From NCBI GenBank assembly GCA_000934665.2, contig KZ538149.1, positions 1 to 64,000 of the forward strand: a stretch of DNA of 64,000 bases, read 5' to 3'. A program made the position numbers and the translations under genes. Source of the DNA: Catajapyx aquilonaris. Taxonomy: Eukaryota. This document shows positions 38,109 through 50,203 of the stretch, in pieces (within the stretch, counting starts at the first letter, position 1; each line of letters starts with the position of its first letter). The notes below the pieces were generated by a model that was not told the DNA's origin, did no database searches, and saw nothing but the letters and a program-made list of their open reading frames with translations.

Positions 38109-38403
38109 CCGAAGCAGTGGTAGCGGAGGGGATATGGTATCCGACTGCTAATCGGGAGGTCCTGGGTTCAAACCACGGGGGCCGCCGAACCTGACCGTGG
38201 TTTTCTGTGGTTTTCCATGGTCCCACCAGGACAATTCCGGGGTCGTGTCCGTAAATATAGGCCACAGCCGCTTCCTTCCGTCCCTATCCCATCCCCAATA
38301 AGGAAAAAGTAAAAATGCAAGAAAGAGTTCCAGACAGAAAAAAATCTGGTGGTATCCCATCCCCCTAAGAGAGCCCATGGCTCTAGCACGGGGTACAAAT
38401 TAT
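38109..38403 (+). mobile_element. tRNA-derived SINE family C
   Basis: B box GGTTCAAACC; central GTGGTTTTCC...AGGCCACAGCCGCTTCCTTCC motif familiar from arthropod SINEs; TSD TAGAGGA(T/G)GTTCTA. Confidence 0.85.
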
Positions 38404-38420
38404 TAGAGGAGGTTCTAGTT

Positions 38421-38653
38421 CAGTGGTGTCCAACCTGGGGGTCGCGAAGCCTTTTCCGGGGAGTCGCGCGTGGCCGCAGTAATTTTATAATTTAAAAATC
38501 ACTATTTTAAAAAAAATCAAAAATATTTCATAGGACATTTCATTGCGAAAGTTTTTTTCAACGCCTCCTAACACTCGGGGAGGGAGGGGGGGTCGCAGGT
38601 TACTTGCCTATCATAAAAGGGGGTTGCTACCCGAAAAAGGTTGGCAACCACTG
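38421..38653. mobile_element. hAT MITE, followed by a truncated hAT end at 38669
   Basis: CAGTGGTGTCCAACCT/AGGTTGGCAACCACTG; TSD TTCTAGTT/TTCTAGTA. Confidence 0.85.
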
Positions 38654-38765
38654 TTCTAGTATCTAGAACAGTGGTTCCCAACCTTTTTGTTGATCCCTAA
38701 CATTTTGTTATTTGCATAAAGGCAATTAAGTAATAATTTATTAAGCAATTACCCTAAACTGGTAC

Positions 38766-39225
38766 ATCTATACATATTTCTCGACGTATATCTGTCTGTC
38801 CCCTTTATACCAATGCAAATCCATACGGAGGCCTCGACATATGCCCCAGGGGAATGATTAGGGGTAGTTTTTTTTACTGGGAAGGTCATAAGCACATTGG
38901 ACTTGACCTCCGAGGTCATCCTTGGCCGCAGGAGGCGAAAAGGACTTTGGGACATTGGCCTGCATTCTAATCATGCGCAATGGGGTGTAAACAACTCCTC
39001 TGTTGAGTTGCCGGGGAAACTATCCTTTCCTTCTCTGAAGGCCGAAGGGGTCACATCGCCCTCTCCCCATGCTGCCACCTCCAGCCCCTCAGTGTTATTA
39101 CATTTCCACGTGGTGTCTGTACTTTGTTCAGTGTTTTGTTCTCCCAATGGTTGCATACTTTGTTCCATTTTCGAGTTTATACACTATTGCCTTGGTTACG
39201 AGACTGTTGATGTAATTAGGTGATG
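38766..39225 (+). mobile_element. Helitron-like repeat family B, copy 2
   Basis: Starts A|TCTATACATAT (Helitron-type 5' TC) followed by GTCTGTC; homologous to 20210-20966. Confidence 0.6.
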
Positions 39226-41185
39226 AGATTTTGTTCATAATTTAAAGAGTTCCTTATCTTGTTATCCTGGTATCTTATTCCATTTTTATCCTAGACACGG
39301 TGTCACCGTCCAGCTGCGGCCTCGGGGCAGGCCCAGGATTCGAGCTGGTGTGTGGTGGCTAGCAATAGATCCATAAGTTGCTCTTAGCCTGTTCTTAGTG
39401 ATTTTTAGCAACTAACATTATTTTGCTGATGATATGAAGTTGAAAGGCTTTCAATTCAGTAGGAAAAGAGGACAAACAATGCCCTGACTATCACGATAGG
39501 TAGGTGGTTCGGGGAGGGAGTCTATGGAAGGCGTTCATGATGCGTGGCCCAGTGAGTAATGGTGGGGTGGGGGTGGGGTTTGAAGAAAACGTCTGTAGGC
39601 CATTGAACTGCATTGGTGCGAGACTTAGAACTCTCAGTGGGAATTCTTCGTGGCATTATAGCTGGAATTGGATTTAAGGTAGTCTTAGTTTCAGCACAGA
39701 GGTCAGGAGTGTTCAGGTGTGTAGATGGCCCCGTCGAAATCTCCAATATATTCGTGCGTCCATACAGTATAATAAAGCCTAATGATAGAAACATTCCCGT
39801 GTCTGCTTGCGGCAGAACTAAGATACCTATACAAATATTTTTCAAAATCTGTTCATTTGCTAGTGAAATCCGAGAAGCATTGACTCTATTATAGTATTAA
39901 ATAGAAACAAGCCGTTACTGGGGAAGTCACTGATATGCTCTCTCATTATTATAATATGACAATATTTTTGATAACCCATATTATACAGTAACTGCTTACC
40001 AATGAACAGCTTACTTTCAACATATCTATAATCGCTTTGGAAATTTCAATTATTAGACCACTGTATATTATTACCGTAACGCTTTCATATTATTTGGCTG
40101 AAAAAACGTGCTCTTTGACAGATGAAAGATCAGCTATTATAAAAGCATGCCCAAAATTTTTCTCCAACAACACCCAATGCTTGAGTGCGAGCTTGAGTGA
40201 TATATATGTGCTCAATATTCTGAAAATTCAAAACAGTGAATGAGGGAGGGAATGATGGAGGGAAGAACATTTTCCCATGCCGAGGTAGCGGTGTAGAGGA
40301 TTGATTACGTGCCTTGGGCTTTTGCCGAGTGGTGCGACACGCGTCGTTCCCGAATGCATCAATTGGGCCCTTGAGGCGTCTCTTTCTCTCTGTGCATGAA
40401 GTCAGCTACATCGATGGGTCTTTTTCTGGTCACGGGAGAAGACGGCTAGGTAAAGAGTGGGTGAAGGATCTGATCGAGGCAAAAACCTGTCCAAAACTCG
40501 ATATATGTCAGGGCCTATATCCCCTGGAAAAAAGGAAACATTGCGATTTCAAGGTCGGCGGGCTCGAATTAAATATCAAAATATGTAATTTTCAAAACTT
40601 AGCGGATCAAAAATGACGTAATATATATTATATTTTGAAATTTTACTAATCATTACCTGGGACTTGGTCCGAAGGCCTCGGGGGACAAGAGGGCAGACAG
40701 AGGAAACTCTGAATATTCATATAAGTTACTCTTTACTTTGGGTTTTTTACGAATCTACCAAGAGTTAAGGACCAGTTACGTAAAAGCAAATTAACCAAAA
40801 TTTCTGATTATCCTGTATACTGTAGATATTCACAATACTTTAATCCAGCAAAATCGGAGGCTTCTTCTTTAATTTGAGTTGTCGGAGCCTGCCCTTATTG
40901 ATTTCAAACATCTTTTGCCATCATATTTTCTCTAATAATGATACAAGCAATTTCAATAACACAAACCCTTTCATTGAACTCCGTTCTGTAGCGTTGAATA
41001 TGGCCTGTCGGAAACACGCTCCCTGCTAGTATACAATAGTTTGAAAATGACGGAACCATTGACATCAAAGGTCTTCCCAGCAGGATTGTTCCTGCACCTG
41101 CAAGTGTGTACTACCTGCTCAAGAGTAACTCTAACTGTAAGAGCTCCAGTTCTATGAATACAAATTAACGGGAAATTTTATGTCA

Positions 41186-41280
41186 TGTAGAGGTATTCAC
41201 AATATGTAGAGGTATTCACAATAAGTAGAGGTATTCACAATAAGTAGAGGTATTCACAATAAGTAGAGGTATTCACAATA
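41186..41280. repeat. Minisatellite, 5 x 19 bp
   Basis: (T/A)GTAGAGGTATTCACAATA head to tail, no spacers. Confidence 0.95.
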
Positions 41281-42986
41281 CGTACAGTAATATAAATGCA
41301 TGCTCTTACTTTCAGTTGATGAAACATGCCAATTTTTTTGTATTCTCTACTTACAGTTTATATTCTTGGAGAGCAATTGAATTATATTCTGTTCCACATT
41401 AGACCAACTTTATGTAACATTTGCAATACTTGCCAATATCCCTTACCAACTTCGTAGTAAAATTAGCCTCATTTCATTTTTTTGGTACATGGTAGAGGGC
41501 CTAGCAACGTAGGAAATCCCCTTATAAAATTTTATACCCTCATAGTCATAATCGATTAATCATATGGTCAAAGCCCGCTGGCTCCATTGTATTCAGTACC
41601 CCTTCCACTCTCTCTCCCCCCTCCCCTTTTCCTTCCTATCGTTGTCGCGAACGTTTTATGGCTTTGTTCCCCAACAACAGAATGGCGTAAAGGGGATTTT
41701 CTAGTTGATGTTGAGGTAGCGAGTTACAACCAAAATGAGTTTCTCCTTTTATGTCCTTAGTATGCATGGAGTGGGATCTAGAAGGTATAGAGGGTAGTGT
41801 AGATATTTCGGGATCGATGCCTACGGAAGCAGCCGCATTCCATCACACCACTACCCTAGCTACTCCGTCAATAAACTCATCATTCCACAACGTGATAAGG
41901 AACATGTCGATGATGTCCTCAGTGCTTGGATGCCGGGCTGGAATTCGGTGCGTCAAAATGCCCCTTAGAAAATTCGTTACCATGGAAAGCAAAATAATGT
42001 AATTTTTATGAGCTAAGATGGCCTTCCGGGACGTGGCGAATAAGCTACCACAGCCCACAGCATTTAATGCTCCACTGAACTAATTTCAGGCTTATGGTAG
42101 TGGCTTTGCTTGCCTAAAATATTCAACTGTATAGGACTACCATAAGCTTAACCTGGACAAGTCTGTAGCTTTATCATCAGCTACAATTATTATTATTGTT
42201 TGATGATTTGCATTTTAAAGCTAGTCTATGCTACATTAATAAAAAAACACTGACTCGTGATGTACTGTACGATCGTCTATTGCAGTTTGAAACAACAATA
42301 ATGCAACCATGAACAATTAGAATTTTATTCCGATACTTTTTCGATATTCACTATGTGGTAGAGAAGAGGCCGGGAGTGAGGTTCTCATCTAAAAACTTAT
42401 ACCACGTTCGATTTCAAGACTGAGCTTTTTCTTTATCATTTCGTCCTGGTTATAAAATTTCCGGTAAACCACTGCTGCTAGTGCAAAAATTTGTCAATCA
42501 AAATACTGTGTTTTTACATCTCTGACAATTAGCATGATATTGCCCATTATGCACCTGTGTGAGGGAAGCATGTGAGAGTGAGCCTGGATAGGGTGGGTAA
42601 TGGGAAAGATTGATCTTTACTCACTTTCATTCCCTCAAAGCATAATGAGAGCTCCCCTGCTCATACTCTGGTGGTGAGGGCTGTTATGCTGCCAGTTTGA
42701 GCAGCCCTATATTATCAGATCCCTTTCGCCATTACCACCCGGGTGGAACTCACTAGAGAGCCACGTGTTGACATTGCACTTATTGCAACTTGCATTTTTA
42801 TCTTCCCCCAGGCACCCCTCCTCTCGTGAAATCCGTGATTAATTAAGGAAAAATTCAATAGTGTGTAAAAGTAGGCTAGGATATGTTCTGTATTGCATGC
42901 AGGAGATGATGACGACGATTATGATGTGATTATTATTATTTAAAATAATGACAAAACTATACCGTACAACTTTTGTCTATTTAATA

Positions 42987-43868
42987 CAGGGTGACTGGAA
43001 CTTGCGGCAAATCGCCAGGTAGACTGATAGTACTCGCAAAACTAATATAGGGATGTGCAATTAGTTTTTGGCTCCGTTGCGTAGTGAATGCGTACGGCGC
43101 GGCGCCCTTAAAGTGTAGAGGACCGGATGGTATATACAGGGTGTATCTGAACTCAGTGCCCCGACGTATATGACTGCCTTCCTAGCCACCAGAGGATCGA
43201 TTTAAGTATAGGAGTCATATGTCTGGGCAGCCTCATTACTGAGATACACTTTTTAGCGATTTTTGCCTAATCGCTCCTTCTGACTTTTAAATAGAATTTT
43301 CTGGTGTAACTAGCCAAAGAGGCCTTACCACCTGTGGGCAACAAACCAACAAAGTCCGGCCCCCAGACCTTCCAGAGCCTTCTGACTGGGGGAGGGTTCG
43401 ATGGGTGGCCTAACCGACAGGATATTTTGTACTACATGTTTGCGGGCATTTATCTCAGTAATGCGGCGGCCAGGCATAATGACTCCTATACTTAAATCGA
43501 TCTTCTGGTGGCTAGGAAGGCAGTCATATACGTCGGGGCACTGAGTTCAGATACACCCTGTATATACAATACGAGGCTAAAACGACAAAGTGCATGAGTG
43601 TCGTACCCGTATTCTTACTCTGACGGGATTTGATCACCTATTCCAACATGGACGATGTGTTATGGGACCAAGGCAAAGGACCGGAGGCCCTCGAACTGAC
43701 TTTTGCTTCCTAGAAGCTGGCGGAACGGCTGTGACGTCACGAAACTTTAACGGCGCCCGTACGCATTAACTATGCAATGTAGCCCAAAACTAATTGCACA
43801 TCCCTATATTAGTTTTGCGAGTACTATCAGTCTACGTGGCGATTTGGCGCGAGTTTTCCTTTACTCTG
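42987..43868. mobile_element. Tc1/mariner-type long-TIR MITE (outer)
   Basis: TA|CAGGGTGA...; GTAGACTGATAGTACTCGCAAAACTAATATAGGGATGTGCAATTAGTTTT is mirrored at ~43785-43835. Confidence 0.82.
43137..43560. mobile_element. Tc1/mariner-type long-TIR MITE (inner, younger)
   Basis: About 80-bp near-perfect TIR CAGGGTGTATCTGAACTCAGTGCCCCGACG...; TA TSD. Confidence 0.92.
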
Positions 43869-46615
43869 CATGTATAAGTTGCACATAATGTTAGAATCCT
43901 TCAAAGCTCGATTCGAATCAAATAGAACGCAATGAAGGATGGCAGAGTGTAAGGGCAATCTAATTTAGAAGTTTGGGTAAATCTGACTCTCCTAACCTAA
44001 TCGCATTCTATCCTAATTGCATTCTGGTTGCAAGTAACCTCAAAAAAATCAACCTGGGAGGCTCATTGCTTAGTCTGCACTTCTGGCCGTATAAATAACA
44101 GAAGAGTGGCATGCGCGTAGTACTCGTACTGTTGAGGGGGATTTTGCGACGGTAGCATGAGACTCGGTGCATAATATATGGCCGTTGATGGTGAACTACT
44201 AAAACCTTTCTCAGTGGCCCCTTTCTTCCGGCCTCGTCTTCACAATTTATAGAAGGTAATCTTTGAGAGGGTATAATATTATAATATATTGATCCGTTAT
44301 TCATCTCAGAAAAATAATAAGAGGGCCGTATAACAAAGGGATGGTTTATCTCAGGTGCTGAGTGCCGTTTCCATGTCGGCAGCTTTTGACTTTTCAGTTC
44401 TCTTCCGAATCCAATTGATCCTGATTTCCTATTCCCCGCTTCCAGCGAAGGCTCATTCATCCTCTGATGTCACTAACGCCCGCTTTTCATATACGATTTA
44501 CCTTCTCCAACCTCACAATCGCCCGTTTATTACTCTCGCCTTTCAAAATTTTCAAACTCTTTTCAATTTTTTTACAGGTTTTTCATCGCTGAGAAAGGTA
44601 CAGTACGTTCTCGTCTTGTCCACCAACGTTTTTAATGCCGGCTCTGCCACTCACAGAAAATTGTATCATTCGCCAGTGGAATTCAACTAAAGTCTGCGAA
44701 TAAGTTCAGTGATATTCAGTCAGAACGTGTCCAAATGGCTAGTGAATTCCGAAGGGTCGAGTGACGTTTATTCGTGTCACCAATGAACTCTTGCCCTCAG
44801 ATTTGCCTATACTGAATGGTGTTAACTTATAAATGGGACTTTAATATGAAACTAATCGAAAAATGCCTTACTACAGTAGATTCAGAATGTCACAAGAAGT
44901 GAATTATGAGAGCTTACATATTATAAGGGAATTCAACAACATAGCCTGCAAAATACAGGTCAAAATAAAGGGGGCCACCCTGCAGTGTAGTTCTGATAAA
45001 AACATTCTGAGACATGAGGCGTGGAAAAGGCAATCAGAGAAGTTCGTGTTATCGTTGCCAAGTCAGAGGAAAGCGTGGCAGTTGCAATGAAATCTGCTCC
45101 TGCCTGTTGGACCTGCGTTGTTTTGACACTTGTGTATCTTTACACCCTCCTTTCTTGCTGATTGGATGAAACCAATTCTTTCGTACGAAACCCTGTTGAG
45201 TCTCGGAAGAGTCGCTGTCATAGAGTATTGCGAATAAAATAATGCTACAATTTTTTGGCAACATGCCAAATAATTGTGGCAAAATAATATCACTCATTAA
45301 TCATACTACATCACATCTGCATAAACCGATACACCAGAAATTTTAATATTATAGCAAACAAAAAATTTGCAAAAATTGTGCACCTTATTCTATGCGGTCA
45401 TTAGATGTGTCTCATTATAGGTGTACCAGCTACTATGCAGTATAGGTCTAACGTTGTGTTCGTGAGTGTGGGTTGGTTGCCTGACATGTCAATAGAGTGG
45501 TGACATGGCTCACTCAACATTATTGAAAGCTGGTGCCACGGCCTAACTTTCAAAAGAAGAGATTACTGCTGGCTGACTGACAAAATTGTCTATATAGCCG
45601 CAGTCATCCCTGCCCTATGGAGCAGGCATATACGGGAAATGACACTTTGGTGGAGGTGGATATGTTGTCATATCCCCTGATGTGGTGCACGAATATATTG
45701 TTCCCCCCAGATATGCTAGTTTAATACAGAACTGCATTATTCACACATGAATAGTTGCCACACCCTTTTGGGTTTGAGGCCCCCGAGCAAAAAAAAATGT
45801 CGCATATCTGATGCCCTACTGCAGTCATTTAATTCATTAAATACAGCAACATAATTACATTTGTAAAGCTTCATAAGCTCGTATTGTTTAACCGCATATT
45901 TACTGCAGGACTCAGAAAATATCGACTGTACATGCGTCATAAAAACAAAGCACCATTTTGCACGCACGTTACATGAATGCATACATAAACACTAGGCACT
46001 CGTCAAGATTTTATCTTCTTGAGGCGTCGATATTACTAGCGCACTGGTGTAAGTTATCTCTCACTCCGTTCCTATACAATATGCACACAACTGCGTGTTG
46101 TGCTGAAAGAGAAGGTTCTATAGATATTCAGTTTTAGATAGATTACAGTTTTGTACATACAGCATGCAGTGTACGTCATAAAAGCGAAGGACAAACCCAA
46201 CAGAAATACCGGTAGGGTGACTATCACGAAATTTACGGATCACTTAACTATATATACCAACATATTATATCCGGGCATTTCTCACAGGTTCTGTGTTTGA
46301 AAGCAATCGTGTTTCTTGCAATCAACGGACTCGCCCGAGCTCGATGTCACGTATCAAATAATTTTTCGGGGGCAAGGGGGGTGGGGGAGTGAGGGTCATG
46401 CCTTGAAAACTCCAATTTTTAGGTCTTGGAATGTAGATAAATTATTTGCTTCATCGTTCACCTATCTCACGAATGAACCACCCAAAACATCCTAAGGAAA
46501 CGGATTATACACCTGTTTAATTTAGCCATGGGAATAGTCGGATTGTTCTTTGACTTCTGATTTGAATTGTCGTTACTAAAAATAATGCTATCGAGATATC
46601 TATGATGCCCAATAC

Positions 46616-47130
46616 AGGGTGTTACAACTTAGGCTATATATCGGCAGTGTTAGAGAATATCGGCACAAACTGCTGATTACTTTTTGAATAGTTAGACTCA
46701 GCCCCTGCTCACTCTCCCTCTTTTCGCGTGAGCTTACCTGATCTCACCCACCCAGGGGAAATTGGTCACGGTCGGCGCTAGAGTCAACTGCCTAGATTGT
46801 CACGCCTTACCTAGCGGGGAAACTCTGAACCCTTTTGACCGACTCCGATTGAATGGAGGTAGTTTAATTTTGGTTAAAACTTTAAAAGAGCACAGGAGGC
46901 CTTTTTAAAAGCCAGCCAATCGGAGTCTACCCTAATGGTTCAGAATTGCCCCGCTAGGTAAGGCGCCACCATGTCGGTTCATGATTCTAGCGCCGACCGT
47001 GGCCAATCCCCCTCGGTGGGGGAGATTAGCTAAGCTCACGGGGGTAGCAATGTACCAGTATAGGGAGTGACTGGGGGCTGGTTATACTACTATTAGTGGA
47101 TATCAAAAGGACTACCATATCTGCTAATAT
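46616..47130. mobile_element. Degenerate foldback MITE
   Basis: TA|CAGGGTG start; mirrored blocks CACGGTCGGCGCTAGA, CGCCTTACCTAGCGGGG, GACTCCGATTG. Confidence 0.7.
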
Positions 47131-48749
47131 ACGGAATGCCTGAAACCTTGGGCAGTGCACCGGCACCCGGAATTTAAAATATGCCATCCTTCTTGAATGT
47201 ATATCATCCCTGTGACCCTGTTCAAGAATTCCCTGGAAAACCCCGTTACGAGTACAATGCCTATTGCCTTCAGTAGAACCTCTTACAACACCAGGGCTCG
47301 CGGCAACAGAAACGGAGTTAGCATGTCGTGAATATGTGACTGAAATAAGATTGCAGTAAACTATGCAAATAAAGCGTCCTTTAACGACAGGTGCTTCGGG
47401 AGTGTTGTACAGCGTGAAACTTGAACTACTTTAACCGTAAACCCCAGTGCTTCATGCAGCATCTGAAAAACTGCCGCATTATATGGGAGGAATTTTACAC
47501 TATTCATGCCAGTCACTGTAGCCATAAAACTCATTAAATTAGTTTACTTCTGATTAAAATAGTTGAGCAGGTTCAGCCACATTCAGCTACGAAATATTAC
47601 CGTACATTATCCTACCTGAACAATAACCCTATAGGACGCTTAGTCCACCGGCAAAGACCAGACTAGTTTTACTTTACTTCCAACCTCATATGAACTTCTA
47701 TATAATGTTCCACCCACCATCTAATCCGAATTCCACCCACTCCGGACAACTTAAAGCGATAAGAAGATTGGCAAGACGCAAAGTCGTTATGCCTTGCTTA
47801 TAAAAATTTCCAATGTACCTTACACTCCGTATCTTTCTGAGCTTTACATCGCACTCAGTTATCGCGGTGGGTCTTCAGGAGTGGGTGGCATTCAGATAAG
47901 GCGGTGAATGGGAGCTGCCTATTAAAGCGGTGGTTATTGTTCACCTCGTACACACACTACATACGTATAGGCCTACACAACAGATGGAGTTTGTTAAGTT
48001 CTAAGAAGACATGGACTCCAGTGGTGTGTTCTATCCAGCAAGTTTCGGTTCGCTCAGCCATGACTCAGTCTGTTTTACCAAGTAAGAATAATAACAACAA
48101 TGTGACTGAACGTAGAGTGAATACACTGTGTCTTTCAGAGTTGATTTCACGTGAATATTGGCAAAATGTCTCTGATCTCGCCCTTGTGAACTCTTGACGG
48201 GGAAAAGCCAATTGCATGGGCTTTCCAATGGCGTATATGTAACTCCCTGTCACACTTGAATGAGGGGCGACAGGAGCTAGTGGATATGAGAGTCCGCGAG
48301 ATTTTTTATGGATAGTATATGAGCTCAAAATAATATGAAACATGTTGTATATATATGCAGCAGGCAAACGTGGGCCTTCCACTTCTCCCCCATGCCCGAA
48401 CGCCCGAAACGGCAAATCTGGCAATTCTGGCGAAAATACTGTAGGCCTACAGCTACAGGACATGTAACACACGTAGATCGTATCGTACGGTACATGTACT
48501 GCACGGATGACTAGAACAATGAGCGCATCTGGAACAACCAGTATACGCTTGGCGGCACTTTTGGACGGCTTTGTCCAAAGCCATCTGGAACTCGCCCAGT
48601 CTAATTGCAGTGACTATTTTCTCTTACAGGCATCTGATGTACTGTAGCCTACATGTTGTAGCCATTGACCTTGATCAACATAGTTGAGACATTGGTATCA
48701 TGCTCTGTCACAGTAACAAGATAACTACTACTAGTTCTATAGGCTAGTT

Positions 48750-49189
48750 CAGGGCTAGTCAACTGGCGGACGCAATTTTGTCCGGACCGCGACGATATGC
48801 AGGACAGTTTGAAATACCATTAGAAATTACTAATTCATGATTTTTTGGAAAAAGTGCTTCAAATCTCCCTGAACCCCCACAAAAATTTCGCATGCGGCGG
48901 GCTGGCTCCCTGCTCTTGCCCTGCTCTTTATGGCTTGTTCCCCTTGTGCTTATGAAATCGGCGCCCCTCCGAAGAAAATTCTGCCTACGCGCCTGTACAG
49001 GACTTAATAAAGGGCGACAATGTCTTAATAAGCCCTTCTACCCTTGTTGCACATGTTTCTATTTTCAAAAATTAACCCTGTTGTACCCTATAAAATCCAT
49101 ATCTTTACCCGGGGGGGGGGGGGTCCGGACCTTGAATGGCCAGGAAAGGTAAATACTGGACCTTGTCATAAACTAGTTGAATACCCCTG
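48750..49189. mobile_element. hAT MITE
   Basis: CAGGGCTAGTCAACT/AGTTGAATACCCCTG; perfect TSD GGCTAGTT. Confidence 0.85.
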
Positions 49190-49864
49190 GGCTAGTTGAT
49201 CACTACAAGTCCTAGGTTACTATGTATATGGAACGAACCAATCTAGGTAGTAACCAGACTCTGTTAATTTTCTTGGCCAGGGATCCAGGGAACCATTCAG
49301 CTGGCATTAAAACTAACCGATTGACTTTAAAATTGTACGCCAGTACCCATCTCCAAAGACAACTGTTGAAACATACTGAGAACAGGTAGTCTATAATATT
49401 GATTTTATTCACCATCATATTTGCATGAATTTCGGAGTGGCAGGTTGACAGCAATATTGCGTCATTCGATGCATTTATGACAAAATAATTTCAGAGTCAA
49501 ATCATGGTTAGGGACATCCTAAGACCGTGGTTAAGGATAATATGAAAAGAAGAAGAATCTTCATCTAATATTCTTCATGCTTTTTGTACGGACCTTGACC
49601 GACAGCAGTGCATTTTATTTCTCCCTGATAATGTGAAGAAGAACAATATTACCCAATGCCACCCATTGCGCCAATTAAACTGCCAGTAATAGAGTTTCCC
49701 TCTAAAATGGATATCCGATGGCTCGGGTTCCAGCAACCACCGCGTGGTGGCAGAACGAGAAGGCTCTCTTACAAAACGTCCTAAAGGACCAGATATAATA
49801 CATGCTTCGTACCCCAGTCAAAGCTGCAGAAAAGTTGTAGGTAGCAGACAAAATACATGAACAA

Positions 49865-50203
49865 GGGGAGGTGTGGTGGCCGAGATGGTAACGTCTCGGC
49901 TTGCTGTGTGAAAGGCCCCAGGTTCGATCCCCGCCTGGGGAACTTTCCTTTCACCTGCGTCAGGACTCAGGGGGGTCTCTGACCTGCACCAAGGAGGTGT
50001 CTGGCAACCTAGTCTCCTGGGGGACTGCACATGACCCGTTTAACGACATTGCACTCGTGTCCCCTCCCCGAAAATCCCTATCCTTACCCAATTTCCTTGA
50101 TTCCTTGCACCGAAGTTGAGAAAATTGAAAAAATAAATAAAGGTTCATGCGATATACCCCCGTTTGGGGGTGAAACATTACCCACAATTATTATTATTAT
50201 TAT
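49865..50203 (+). mobile_element. SINE family B with (ATT)n end
   Basis: A/B boxes; TSD AAATACA(T/A)GAACAA. Confidence 0.88.

Noticed and set aside
41186..41280. CRISPR-like array
   Set aside because: Units are contiguous with no unique spacers, there are no cas genes, and the context is eukaryotic.
44008..44460. Longer ORFs of 150-158 aa (also 60111-60587)
   Set aside because: No recognisable domain or splice support; the second is driven by hairpin and microsatellite sequence.
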